From contig OZ246409.1 of NCBI GenBank assembly GCA_965231035.1, positions 631,101 through 663,100 of the forward strand: a stretch of DNA of 32,000 nt. The letters run 5' to 3'. The stretch's first letter is position 1. Every line of letters begins with the position of its first letter. The notes under the pieces were generated by a model. That model was not told where the DNA came from, did not search any database, and saw nothing but the letters and a program-made list of their open reading frames with translations. A program made the translations under genes and the position numbers. Below are positions 17,401 through 25,468 of the stretch, piece after piece. The DNA comes from an uncultured Muribaculaceae bacterium (GTDB lineage Bacteria > Pseudomonadota > Alphaproteobacteria > Rs-D84).

Positions 17401-17456
17401 CAGCAGTATTCGTATTGATGGAAAAGTTAAGATTAAAGACAAAGAAAAATAAATAA
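14436..17456 (+). CDS. RND efflux transporter permease (AcrB/AcrD/AcrF family)
   Basis: 1006 aa with a two-fold repeated 12-TM architecture and two large periplasmic loops. The N-terminus FFVKHPITTIMFVLFWVVLGLVAYPNMNVERQPAVDFPMVTASFVYPGASPDEVE is typical of the HAE-type RND family. Confidence 0.92.
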   Translation: MIKFFVKHPITTIMFVLFWVVLGLVAYPNMNVERQPAVDFPMVTASFVYPGASPDEVESQVIKKTEDAVSQVAGIKKITSQAFENGGYVMAEFNLGVNVNDKASEVKAKLESIAGEYPDELKKPVVEKLNPLQESVLDIVLSGENVRDLQHFADNVLSQKITAVNGVASVSIYGGEQRAVRIFLDPERMAAQGMSINDVVGAIASHNLNVPSGRLEIGDSSNTIRFVGEFKTVKDISDLELTTSEGAMFRLSDIARVEDSALDQTTGARYNGKNVVTVSVIKASDGNAIKISRELHKRLPDMEKVMQDYFVNNGGQANAAKMQIISDSSTAIQHDTKGTVSDIILGLVLTVIVLLAFTRNWRTTVIAGVMIPASLISGFFFMDVSGFTINSMTLLAMATALGTLITDAIVLIESALALIDKGYSPEDAAVMGTKKVAVRIFATIATHVVVFLPLAFMGGIAGQFMKQFGLSVVYFVLLSSMFSFTLTPMMISKILRKTKNKKEKKKNELGWFKKYYDWQVNKPWAAVGIAVLALIITIIPMRWVGSEFSPSTDVDEITVHVRSESGTTFKKSEEIASEIENIINKTKDVKFVSVKIGDRGTQNILAKVGLIDREKRNSSDKEIAREILPKLSEIPGVEVQIRAGQAMGGMIQNDIVLNITGEDNATREMYAKQVLEILNQIPEIQSAVFASQKPGTELNFVPNQDSMKLWGINNQKAGIALRTAVYGNDTYKYKENGTEYPIVMGLAPEYKSNEMFSSVFVGSNKGLIPLSDLGKIEQDQGSSDIRRLNKSRVTEIDINLGKSTIVPVQGEIVKQISKLSWKAGYGYSFGGMSEIQSESSVEMTKAFLMATILTFMVLAAIMNSLAHPFTIVTSILTSFTGVFVLIFLMGANINIAAMLSVVMLVGLAVSTNILLLEPTLEEIAKGVPATKALWEQFIDKKRMLLMTTVAVVSGLVPQLWSADGIKVSMGAVIIGGILASLFWTFFLTPAVFVLMEKLRLKTKKNK

Positions 17457-17462
17457 CAAAAT

Positions 17463-17491
17463 CCCCAAAGAATTTCTTTGGGGTTTGTTTT
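17463..17491 (+). terminator. Rho-independent terminator after the efflux operon
   Basis: CCCCAAAGAA-TT-TCTTTGGGG followed by TTTGTTTTT. Confidence 0.85.
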
Positions 17492-17504
17492 TCATAGTTT
17501 AACT

Positions 17505-17513
17505 TGGTATAAT
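17505..17513 (+). promoter_or_regulatory. Candidate extended -10 element (TGgTATAAT) for the HAD hydrolase gene
   Basis: TGGTATAAT at 17505..17513. AAGGA at 17527..17531 and the ATG at 17537 follow. Confidence 0.35.
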
Positions 17514-17536
17514 CAATATGTTATAAAAGGATTAAA

Positions 17537-18139
17537 ATGCCAAAGAAAGTAAATGTCGTTTTGTTTGATTTTGATGGAACATTATCAGCCAAAGATTCTA
17601 CCCCTGAATTTTTCAAATATTGCTTTAAACATTCTTTGCGGCCGTGGTTATTTATACCGTTTATTTTGTTTGGGTTAATTATAAAAAAATTTAATTCCTC
17701 GGGTGTTTGGTGGAGACAGATTACACGACTTTTTATAAACGCAAATATGGTTAAAAAGCTGGCACCAGGTTTTATAAAGCAACATAAGCTAAACAGATTT
17801 GGTTGGGCCGCTGAAAGGGTTGCCGCCGAACGTGCAGCTGGGAACAAGGTTATTTTAATTTCCGCAGGTGCAGATTATTTAATTACAAAACTGGTTAATG
17901 ATATAAAATTTGATGCGATTTTTGCATCTGAAATGGATCCAGCAAAGCCTTGGAAATATAAATATTTTCCATATGGAAAAAACAAAGTTGTTGTATTAAA
18001 AAAATGGGCAAAAAAGAATAAGGTGACACCAAATGTTGTTCGTGCCTATTCAGATAGTAAATCAGATATTCCAATGATGAATCTGGCGCAAGAGCAGGTT
18101 TGGATTAATCCAAAAACCGGCGCAAGAATTGAAAAATAA
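17537..18139 (+). CDS. HAD-IB family hydrolase (phosphoserine-phosphatase-like)
   Basis: Motif I VVLFDFDGTLS, motif II ILISAGADY and motif IV YSDSKSDIPMM. Confidence 0.75.
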   Translation: MPKKVNVVLFDFDGTLSAKDSTPEFFKYCFKHSLRPWLFIPFILFGLIIKKFNSSGVWWRQITRLFINANMVKKLAPGFIKQHKLNRFGWAAERVAAERAAGNKVILISAGADYLITKLVNDIKFDAIFASEMDPAKPWKYKYFPYGKNKVVVLKKWAKKNKVTPNVVRAYSDSKSDIPMMNLAQEQVWINPKTGARIEK

Positions 18140-18141
18140 TT

Positions 18142-19017
18142 TTATTCCCCAAAATCCATTTCACGCAGTTTTTCGGCACGTGGGGTAACCTTGCGAACAG
18201 AAACTTGTAAATCTTCAATATCTTTTTCAGCCATTTGAAAATGCTGTTCAACTTTACTTGCACGTTCGGATAATCTGGATAAGTCGGTCAGCAACATATC
18301 TAATTCTTTTTTAATTTGTGCGGCAACACGCTTTATCTTTATATCAGAAAGTACGGCACGAATTGTATTCAGTGTCGCCCAAAGTGTCGCAGGGGATACA
18401 ATAAAGACCTTCCTGCGTGCGGCATAATCTATCAATCCGGTGAATTCACGATGTAGTGTTTCAAATATCGATTCTGATGCAATAAACATCATTGCACTTT
18501 CTGCTGTTTTGCCAGGAATTATGTATTTTTCAGAAATCGCATCAATATGTTTACGGACATCCAGTTCAAACATTTTTCTGGCACCTTCCTCGTGCGATTC
18601 TTGGTATCTGGTAAAACCTTCTAGTGGGAATTTGCTGTCTATGATCATATCGCCCGGTGGGTATGGCAGACGAATTATACAATCTGGACGAACACCGTTT
18701 TCCAGAACTGATTGAAATGCGTATGTTTCTGGTGGCATTACATCTGCAACCAAATCTTCCAGTTGTCTTTCACCAAAAGACCCACGGGCTTGTTTATTAC
18801 CCATCAGTATGTTCTTGAAATTAGCTATATCTCCGCTGATATTTTTCAAATCAGACGCATTTTGCGCCAAAGCCCCCAATCTTTCAGAAATTCTTTCACG
18901 CAGATGTGCGTTGTCTTCGCGCAATCCTGATAAATCCACAGAGTTTTTCTTGGTCAACAAAACAAAAAGCAAAATAATAATAACACCCAATAACGCGAAT
19001 AAAATATAAGTTGTCAT
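18142..19017 (-). CDS. rmuC: DNA recombination protein RmuC (short form)
   Basis: N-terminal TM helix, a coiled-coil segment, then the RmuC nuclease-like core (RPDCIIRLPYPPGDMIIDSKFPLE..MFIASESIF..VFIVSPATLWATL). The track start is 19041. The ATG at 19017 has AAAGGA 7 nt upstream, while 19041 has none. Confidence 0.85.
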   Translation of the reverse strand: MTTYILFALLGVIIILLFVLLTKKNSVDLSGLREDNAHLRERISERLGALAQNASDLKNISGDIANFKNILMGNKQARGSFGERQLEDLVADVMPPETYAFQSVLENGVRPDCIIRLPYPPGDMIIDSKFPLEGFTRYQESHEEGARKMFELDVRKHIDAISEKYIIPGKTAESAMMFIASESIFETLHREFTGLIDYAARRKVFIVSPATLWATLNTIRAVLSDIKIKRVAAQIKKELDMLLTDLSRLSERASKVEQHFQMAEKDIEDLQVSVRKVTPRAEKLREMDFGE

Positions 19018-19058
19018 TTGAAAATCCTTTGTTAAAATCATTATAAAAGGAATTGCAA

Positions 19059-19571
19059 ATGTTGCAAATGAAATTATGTGGTGATTTGGTTTTACGTGAA
19101 AAGTGTGAACCTGTGGTAGAAATCACAGCAGAAGTTTTGGATTCTTTGGACGAAATGGTAAAAATGATGGAAGACCAGCATGGTGTAGGCTTGGCTGCCC
19201 CCCAGGTTGGTATTTTGAAAAGATTCTTGGTCATGAAATGCAAAATTGGCAGCGATAAAGAGGCAAAAGTTTATAAAATAATCAATCCAGAAATAATTGA
19301 AAAATCTGAAGATATTGTGGAAATGGAAGAAGGGTGCCTATCAGTCTTGGGACCTGATAATTTGCCAGTTTATTCAGAAGTAAAACGACCAAAATCAGTT
19401 GTTTTAAAATGGATTGATGAAAAGGGAACACAACATTCGCATAAACTATCAGGTTATGCCGCCAGAATAATTCAACACGAAAAAGATCATTTGGATGGAA
19501 TTTTGTTTATAGACTATTTATCACCAATAAAACGTGAAATAGTTATGAGCAAGGTAAGGAAGAGAAAATGA
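19059..19571 (+). CDS. def: Peptide deformylase
   Basis: Motifs GVGLAAPQVG, EGCLSV and QHEKDHLDG. The track start is TTG 19053. The ATG at 19059 is 7 nt after AAGGA (19047..19051). Confidence 0.9.
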   Translation: MLQMKLCGDLVLREKCEPVVEITAEVLDSLDEMVKMMEDQHGVGLAAPQVGILKRFLVMKCKIGSDKEAKVYKIINPEIIEKSEDIVEMEEGCLSVLGPDNLPVYSEVKRPKSVVLKWIDEKGTQHSHKLSGYAARIIQHEKDHLDGILFIDYLSPIKREIVMSKVRKRK

Positions 19572-20383
19572 ACATTGTCTTGATGGGAACAAACGATTGG
19601 GTTGTGCCCGTTTTTGATAAAATAGCGGATACGCATAAAATTATTGCGGTGTTTACTCGTGCACCAAAACCGGCTGGTCGTAAAATGGAACTGCAAAAAT
19701 CGCCTGTTCATATTTGGGCCGAAGAACACAATTTGCCAGTTTACACCAATATAAATGATTATAATTTCAAACCTGATTATGTTGTTGTTGCTTCTTATGG
19801 TGTGATATTGCGCGACAATGTTTTGGGCTCAGCACCTGTTATAAATATCCACCCAAGTTTACTGCCAAAATATCGTGGACCTTCGCCAATGCTTAGTGCT
19901 CTTAAAAATGGTGACACGGAAACGGGTGTTTGTTTAATGAAAGTTACAAACGAAGTTGACGCTGGTGATATTTACATGATGGAAAAAATTGAAATAGGCG
20001 AAAATGATACTAATGAAATCTTACAGAAAAAGGTTTCAGAAGTTTCAGCAGAAATGTTAAGTGAATATTTAAAGAATCCAGAAAAATATCCAGGCCATCC
20101 ACAAGTTGGCACGCCAACACACTGTCATAAATTTACCAAAGAAGACACAATAATAGATTGGGGCAAATCACCAGTTGAAATTCATAACCTGGTACGCAGT
20201 ATTGGTGGTCGAACCAAGATAACTGACAACGATGTTAAGATTCTAAAGACTAGAATAAATGCAGATGGCAGACTGGAAATTTTGCGTGTCCACCCAGCTG
20301 GTAAAAAACCAATGTCTTGGGCGGATTTTTTGAACGGTCATAAATATATAAAAGTCCTGGGATTTCACAATGTCGCGATATAA
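19568..20383 (+). CDS. fmt: Methionyl-tRNA formyltransferase (short, 271 aa)
   Basis: Formyltransferase core INIHPSLLPKYRGPSPM. It follows def with an ATGA overlap. Confidence 0.88.
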   Translation: MNIVLMGTNDWVVPVFDKIADTHKIIAVFTRAPKPAGRKMELQKSPVHIWAEEHNLPVYTNINDYNFKPDYVVVASYGVILRDNVLGSAPVINIHPSLLPKYRGPSPMLSALKNGDTETGVCLMKVTNEVDAGDIYMMEKIEIGENDTNEILQKKVSEVSAEMLSEYLKNPEKYPGHPQVGTPTHCHKFTKEDTIIDWGKSPVEIHNLVRSIGGRTKITDNDVKILKTRINADGRLEILRVHPAGKKPMSWADFLNGHKYIKVLGFHNVAI

Positions 20384-21125
20384 ACTGATTCTTGAATATG
20401 ATGGGACAAATCTGATTGGATGGCAGGAAAACGCTGATGGTGATTCTGTACAATCACTTCTGCAAGATGCAATATTCAAATTTTGTGCCGAACGCGTTGT
20501 TGTGTATTCTGCTGGCCGTACTGATGCGGGTGTTCATGCACGTGGAATGATTGCACATTTTGATTTAATAAAAGAAACTGATTCAAATACCGTTATGCAG
20601 GCTTTGAATTTTTATCTGACGGGAAAACCTGTTTCGGTTTTGAATTGTGAAAGTGTATCGGAAGATTTTCATTCCAGATTTTTATGCACGCAAAGAAATT
20701 ATCGTTATGTTATTTTGAATCGCCGCAGTCCGGCTGTTTTGGATCGCGACAAGGTTTGGTGGATTCCACGAAATTTGAATTTAAAGAAAATGAAAGAGGC
20801 TGCTTCAAAATTAATCGGAAATCATGATTTTACATCTTTTCGGGCGTCCGAATGCCAGGCCAAAAGTCCAATTAAAACATTGGATAAAATTGAAATAAAA
20901 ACGCATCACGATTCATTCGGTCAATATATTTACATTGATTTTTCGGCGCGTTCTTTTTTACATCATCAGGTTCGAAATATTGTCGGAACTTTGGTTGAAA
21001 TTGGTTTGGGCAAATCACTGGATATTGATGAAATTTTGAATGCGAAGAATCGTAGTGCTGCAGGACCAACAGCACCTGCTTCTGGTCTATACTTTATTAA
21101 TGCCGAGTACCCCACCAACGGTTAG
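20370..21125 (+). CDS. truA: tRNA pseudouridine(38-40) synthase
   Basis: MSRYKLILEYDGTNLIGWQ, catalytic-Asp motif SAGRTDAGVHA, and FLHHQVRNIVG. Overlaps the fmt 3' end by 14 nt. Confidence 0.9.
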   Translation: MSRYKLILEYDGTNLIGWQENADGDSVQSLLQDAIFKFCAERVVVYSAGRTDAGVHARGMIAHFDLIKETDSNTVMQALNFYLTGKPVSVLNCESVSEDFHSRFLCTQRNYRYVILNRRSPAVLDRDKVWWIPRNLNLKKMKEAASKLIGNHDFTSFRASECQAKSPIKTLDKIEIKTHHDSFGQYIYIDFSARSFLHHQVRNIVGTLVEIGLGKSLDIDEILNAKNRSAAGPTAPASGLYFINAEYPTNG

Positions 21126-23058
21126 TAGGTGTATATTTAATCGCACCAGATTTATAAATTACAAAACCACCACGCAAAATTTTGTGGTTGCACTTCTCTG
21201 ATTCAACATCGAAATACGAAAGTATAAAATCAATCTTTGGATTATTGCAAAATTCAACCAAGTTTTCGGACAACGGAACATACTTCTGTGCATACGCCAG
21301 CGTCCAATTTTTTGTTTTAAAAATACAAACCCCCTTTGCACATTTATGAAGGTTGTTTGGTGTATCTGGATTTTCAAAGTTTAATTTTTTCCAAGATTCA
21401 AATGCAAAAAAATGGTTGGCAGCACGAGCTTTGTTAAATTCCAGTTTTCCATCACGCACAATTCCAATTAATTCATGATCATTTGTTGAATAAAATATTG
21501 GTCTTGGATTAAGCACAATTATTGAAATTCCAAAACTGACAAAAATTAAAAATAAAATAACATTAATCTTAATCTTATTATAATTTACTATGAACATCAG
21601 GCAAAGAAAACCAATCAGCATAAAAAACAATGCAGATGCTGGGACTGCAGGAATTTGTATCTGAGAATATGGAAGTGATGAAATTCTTTCCGCTATACCC
21701 AAAGTCCAATTATAAATGCCACTTGCCCAAATTAATGGCGTATGAATTCCAAACAATGTTGCAATTGTTCCGATTATAACCAATGGCATAATCGCAAATG
21801 AAAACACAGGCAGCAAAATTAAATTACCAATCAGTCCGTAAGACTGAATTGAATAAAAATTATAAATAACAAAAGGTGCTGTAAATAATGTCGCAATCAC
21901 AGATGTCATAACTGCTGCCCAGACGGTTCTGATTATCTTTTTACCAAAAGATAATCTGGTGTATTCAAAGTCGTCAAAATACCAAATTAATCCAAAAATT
22001 GCGGCGAATGATAATTGAAAACCTGGCTGCATTACATAGTGCGGATTTATTAAAAATATTGCAATAAACGCAATACAAATATTTCGCAGTGAAAAGGTGC
22101 TGCGCCCCATAATAAATGCCATAAAAATAAGGCTGGTCATCAGAAATGCACGAACTGTCGCAACATCTGCACCAGATAAAAATAAATAAAACAATAACCC
22201 GGCCCATGCAAAAATCATTGCTGGATACCGTGCGGGGATTTTTCGTGTGATTGGTGAAATGGATCTGAAAATTAAATAAAAAAATGCAAATAACCAAGTT
22301 GATACTAAGGTGATATGAAACCCGCTGATTGACCAAACGTGTCCCACACCGGATGCCGTCCAGAATTTCATATCCGTTTTTGGAACAGCGTTTTTATAAC
22401 CCAACGCCAAAGTATCTGACAACATTGAATTTGTTTTTTTATGCAGATAATTTCTTAGATTGTTAATTCCATAATTATTTATCGCAGGCACAGGCTCTTT
22501 GTCATATTCATTCAAATATCCTGTGGCGGTAATTCCGTTAAAATAAGCCCACCGTGCATAATCAAAAGAATTTGGTGCGGATTGGTCATCAGGTCTGAAC
22601 AATGTAACTGTTGCATCAATATTGTCGCCAATATTTTGGACGGGTTGATCATCGTTCACAGAAACCCTGATTGTTGCAAATTCTTTTCCTGAGATTTTTT
22701 CATCCAATTGCTTTGTTGGGACACGAATAAATACTTTTGGTTTGTCACTGGTATAATCTAGATTAGTGACAGTTCCAGTTATATTAATTTGGCGCAGGTC
22801 GTGTGATATCTGTGGGGTGTTTATTAATTTTGTATAGCCGTTTGCATAAAAGAATCCAAAAACGAACAATAAAAAAGTTGTGACAAGAACATTTGGTTTT
22901 CTGAATATAACAATTGCTGCGGACAGTATTGCGATTATGAATGGATATGAAAAGGCAGGTTCGTGTGGCATCATAAAATAAAGTGCCGCACCAAAGGCTA
23001 TCACAAAAGGTGACCATAAAAATAAATTCTGATATTGAGTTTCCAGGAATGTCCTCAT
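21097..23058 (-). CDS. comEC: ComEC/Rec2 family competence channel protein (no metallo-beta-lactamase domain seen)
   Basis: N-terminal TM helices plus an OB-like segment (INITGTVTNLDYTSDKPKVFIRV). The polytopic competence domain is present (GVGHVWSISGFHITLV..). There is no HxHxDH motif in the C-terminal 130 aa. The 3' end overlaps the truA 3' end by 29 nt. Confidence 0.85.
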   Translation of the reverse strand: MRTFLETQYQNLFLWSPFVIAFGAALYFMMPHEPAFSYPFIIAILSAAIVIFRKPNVLVTTFLLFVFGFFYANGYTKLINTPQISHDLRQINITGTVTNLDYTSDKPKVFIRVPTKQLDEKISGKEFATIRVSVNDDQPVQNIGDNIDATVTLFRPDDQSAPNSFDYARWAYFNGITATGYLNEYDKEPVPAINNYGINNLRNYLHKKTNSMLSDTLALGYKNAVPKTDMKFWTASGVGHVWSISGFHITLVSTWLFAFFYLIFRSISPITRKIPARYPAMIFAWAGLLFYLFLSGADVATVRAFLMTSLIFMAFIMGRSTFSLRNICIAFIAIFLINPHYVMQPGFQLSFAAIFGLIWYFDDFEYTRLSFGKKIIRTVWAAVMTSVIATLFTAPFVIYNFYSIQSYGLIGNLILLPVFSFAIMPLVIIGTIATLFGIHTPLIWASGIYNWTLGIAERISSLPYSQIQIPAVPASALFFMLIGFLCLMFIVNYNKIKINVILFLIFVSFGISIIVLNPRPIFYSTNDHELIGIVRDGKLEFNKARAANHFFAFESWKKLNFENPDTPNNLHKCAKGVCIFKTKNWTLAYAQKYVPLSENLVEFCNNPKIDFILSYFDVESEKCNHKILRGGFVIYKSGAIKYTPTNRWWGTRH

Positions 23059-23083
23059 ATAGAAAGTATATGAATTTTATTGG

Positions 23084-23113
23084 TTGATTGGCAATACCAA
23101 ACTTTGCTATGAT
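23084..23113 (+). promoter_or_regulatory. Candidate sigma70 promoter for pyrG (TTGATT-18-TGcTATGAT)
   Basis: -35 TTGATT at 23084..23089, then an extended -10 TGCTATGAT ending at 23113. It sits inside the N-terminal extension of the track ORF, which argues for the ATG at 23154. Confidence 0.35.
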
Positions 23114-23153
23114 TAAATTCCATAAGGAACAGTTTTTAAAAAAGGTCTTTCTT

Positions 23154-24722
23154 ATGGCAAGATATATTTTTATAACCGGTGGTGTGGTTTCAAGTTTAGG
23201 AAAGGGCGTTGCAGCGGCATGTTGTGGCGCCCTTCTTCAATCGCGTGGGTACACCGTTCATGCACGAAAATTCGATCCGTATTTAAATGTCGATCCTGGG
23301 ACTATGTCGCCTTTTCAACATGGCGAAGTTTATGTCACAGACGATGGTTTCGAAACTGATTTGGATTTGGGATACTATGAAAGATTTTTGGGCATAAAAT
23401 TGTCCAGAAATGATTCTGTATCTGGTGGTCGAATTTACTGGGATGTTTTGAATGCTGAACGTCATGGTGATTATTTGGGTAAAACTGTCCAGATGATTCC
23501 CCACGTCAGTGATAAAATCAAAGAATACATAACCAGGCCGGTCGATGTAGATTTTGTAATTTGTGAAATTGGTGGCACAGTTGGCGATATCGAAGGAAAG
23601 ATATTCTTGGAATCAATTCGCCAATTGGCAAACGATGTTGGTCGCAGAAATGTTATGTTTGTTCATCTGACATTAGCACCGTACTTGGAAAAAAGCGGCG
23701 AATTAAAAACCAAGCCAACACAAATGTCTGCACGTGCTTTGTTGGAAAATGGAATCCAAGCAGATATGTTAATTGTAAGAACACCGCGCCTTTTGGAAGA
23801 GGACGAACGTGCAAAAATCGGTATGTTTTGCAATCTTCCATCAAAAAATGTTATCAGTGGTATTGATGTTGATAATATTTACAAACTGCCTTTGGAATAT
23901 GAAACACAGAATGTATTTGACATAATCGCAGAACATTTTGGGTTAAATAAATCCAAAGGCGATATGTCGCGATTTCTTAAAATAAAGAAATATTTATCAG
24001 ATGATTTACCAACGGTCACAATTGGAATGGTTGGAAAATATTTTGATGTGCCAGACGCATATAAATCTTTGAACGAGGCATTATTCCACGCCGGGATTCA
24101 AAATAATGTTCATGTTAAAATTAAAAAGATTGATGCAGAACATTTTTCCGAAACCCAGGTCACTGATGTTAATGCAATCATGGTTCCTGGGGGATTCGGT
24201 TCGCGCGGAATCGATGGAAAAATTGCAGCCGCTAAATATGCGCGTGAAAATAAAATTCCGTACATGGGAATTTGTTTGGGTATGCAAATCGCGGTCATTG
24301 AATTTATGCGAAATGTTATGGGTGTGAAAAATGCTGATTCAACCGAATTCAGTGATACTTGTACCCCAGTCATTGACATTATGGTTGACCATAACAAAGA
24401 AAATCTGGGTGGGACTTTGCGTTTAGGATCTTATCCTTGTGTTATAAAACCAAATACTTTGGCAGCGCGAGTTTATAACCAAGATATTATTCATGAACGT
24501 CACAGGCACAGATACGAGATGGATATAAAACTGGAAGATGAACTGGCAAAAAAGGGAATGATAATTTCAGGAAAATCCCCAGATAGCAGATTGCCAGAAA
24601 TGGTTGAGTTAAAAAATCATCCGTTCTTTTTAGGTGGACAATTTCATCCAGAATTTCAAAGCAGTCCATACAACGGGCATCCGTTCTTTAATGCTTTTAT
24701 AGCTGCTGCAAAAAAGAAATAA
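23154..24722 (+). CDS. pyrG: CTP synthase
   Basis: MARYIFITGGVVSSLGKG, the glutaminase domain GICLGMQ, and HRHRYE. The track start at TTG 23088 adds 22 non-conserved residues. Confidence 0.95.
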   Translation: MARYIFITGGVVSSLGKGVAAACCGALLQSRGYTVHARKFDPYLNVDPGTMSPFQHGEVYVTDDGFETDLDLGYYERFLGIKLSRNDSVSGGRIYWDVLNAERHGDYLGKTVQMIPHVSDKIKEYITRPVDVDFVICEIGGTVGDIEGKIFLESIRQLANDVGRRNVMFVHLTLAPYLEKSGELKTKPTQMSARALLENGIQADMLIVRTPRLLEEDERAKIGMFCNLPSKNVISGIDVDNIYKLPLEYETQNVFDIIAEHFGLNKSKGDMSRFLKIKKYLSDDLPTVTIGMVGKYFDVPDAYKSLNEALFHAGIQNNVHVKIKKIDAEHFSETQVTDVNAIMVPGGFGSRGIDGKIAAAKYARENKIPYMGICLGMQIAVIEFMRNVMGVKNADSTEFSDTCTPVIDIMVDHNKENLGGTLRLGSYPCVIKPNTLAARVYNQDIIHERHRHRYEMDIKLEDELAKKGMIISGKSPDSRLPEMVELKNHPFFLGGQFHPEFQSSPYNGHPFFNAFIAAAKKK

Positions 24723-25037
24723 TTATTTACCGAAAATAAAATCAGGATTTTTGGACAGTTCAATAATTGCATCCGTATCATCTTCGGGTGCACTTTGTTG
24801 GCGTTTTATTTTGCCACATTTTTCGCATTTGTGTGTGATGATAAAACCATCTTTGACCACTTCGACCGATATTGGTTTCATCATACCACCGCATTCACTG
24901 GCGCGGTCACCAGGATTTATATCAACATCGCGCGACCATAAACATTTTGGACAGTGGTTTGTATAACCTGTACCAAATACAGCTGCGCCACAATGGGCGC
25001 AGGTAAAATCTTCAACAGTTTTTGTGAATTTTTTCAT
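24723..25037 (-). CDS. RNHCP domain-containing zinc-ribbon protein
   Basis: FTCAHCGAAVFGTGYTNHCPKCLWSRDVDINPGD..ECGGMMKP..HKCEKCGK gives Cys pairs flanking the (R/T)NHCP motif. The ATG overlaps the gapR stop by 1 nt (TAATG). The stop abuts the pyrG stop with zero spacer. Confidence 0.75.
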   Translation of the reverse strand: MKKFTKTVEDFTCAHCGAAVFGTGYTNHCPKCLWSRDVDINPGDRASECGGMMKPISVEVVKDGFIITHKCEKCGKIKRQQSAPEDDTDAIIELSKNPDFIFGK

Positions 25038-25285
25038 TAAATTCCCAATGCACCACGATACATTTTGATTAATTCATCTGATTCGTCTAATTCATCTGGA
25101 TCCATTTTACGCAGACGTATCATCTGACGAATATATTTTGGATCAAAACCGGCACTTTTTGCTTCGGAATATATTTCTTTGATATCAGCTGCAATATTTG
25201 CAGTATCTTCATTTAATTTTTCAACTCTTTCGATAATTGCTAATAATTGAGAATTATCAATTGCACCGTGATTTGCGTTCTTCAT
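25037..25285 (-). CDS. gapR: GapR-type nucleoid-associated protein (DUF2312/UPF0335)
   Basis: The 82-aa product is MKNANHGAIDNSQLLAIIERVEKLNEDTANIAADIKEIYSEAKSAGFDPKYIRQMIRLRKMDPDELDESDELIKMYRGALGI. It aligns by eye with Caulobacter GapR (..QLKSIIDRVERLE..IKEVYAEAKGNGFD.K....V.R.RK.D...). AAGGGGA SD precedes the ATG at 25285. The track ORF (to 25435) adds an implausible hydrophobic 50-aa extension. Confidence 0.88.
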   Translation of the reverse strand: MKNANHGAIDNSQLLAIIERVEKLNEDTANIAADIKEIYSEAKSAGFDPKYIRQMIRLRKMDPDELDESDELIKMYRGALGI

Positions 25286-25468
25286 TGGCTTTCCCCTTGT
25301 TTTTCGTGTATCATATGATATATTAAATGGCACGAAAATCAAGGAAAAGAAAAAATGAATCCAAATGAATAAAAACACTGCGCGGAGCGTTATTAGCGAC
25401 AAGCAGATGTTTGCGTCATGAGGATACAGCGGCAATCCACTTAAATGCTTAACAAAAGAGAAATAGAG

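Noticed and set aside
18142-19017. RmuC nuclease-like protein considered as part of a defence system
   Set aside because: It sits divergently next to def-fmt, which I recall as a conserved housekeeping neighbourhood for rmuC in Alphaproteobacteria. It has no partner genes such as a methylase, ATPase or helicase.
23088-23153. TTG-initiated 22-codon extension of pyrG
   Set aside because: CTP synthases begin at M-(A/T)-(R/K)-YIF(V/I)TGG. A promoter-like element lies within the extension, and AAGG precedes the ATG at 23154.
25309-25320. Perfect 12-nt palindrome TATCATATGATA in the gapR-pyk divergent promoter region
   Set aside because: Palindromes of this length are expected several times by chance in 32 kb of AT-rich DNA. 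It also overlaps a plausible -10 (TATCAT) for gapR, which explains half of it.
25286-25435. 50-codon hydrophobic N-terminal extension of the gapR ORF in the track
   Set aside because: GapR/DUF2312 proteins are about 80-90 aa and soluble. A strong SD (AAGGGGA) precedes the internal ATG at 25285, and the extension covers the promoter region.
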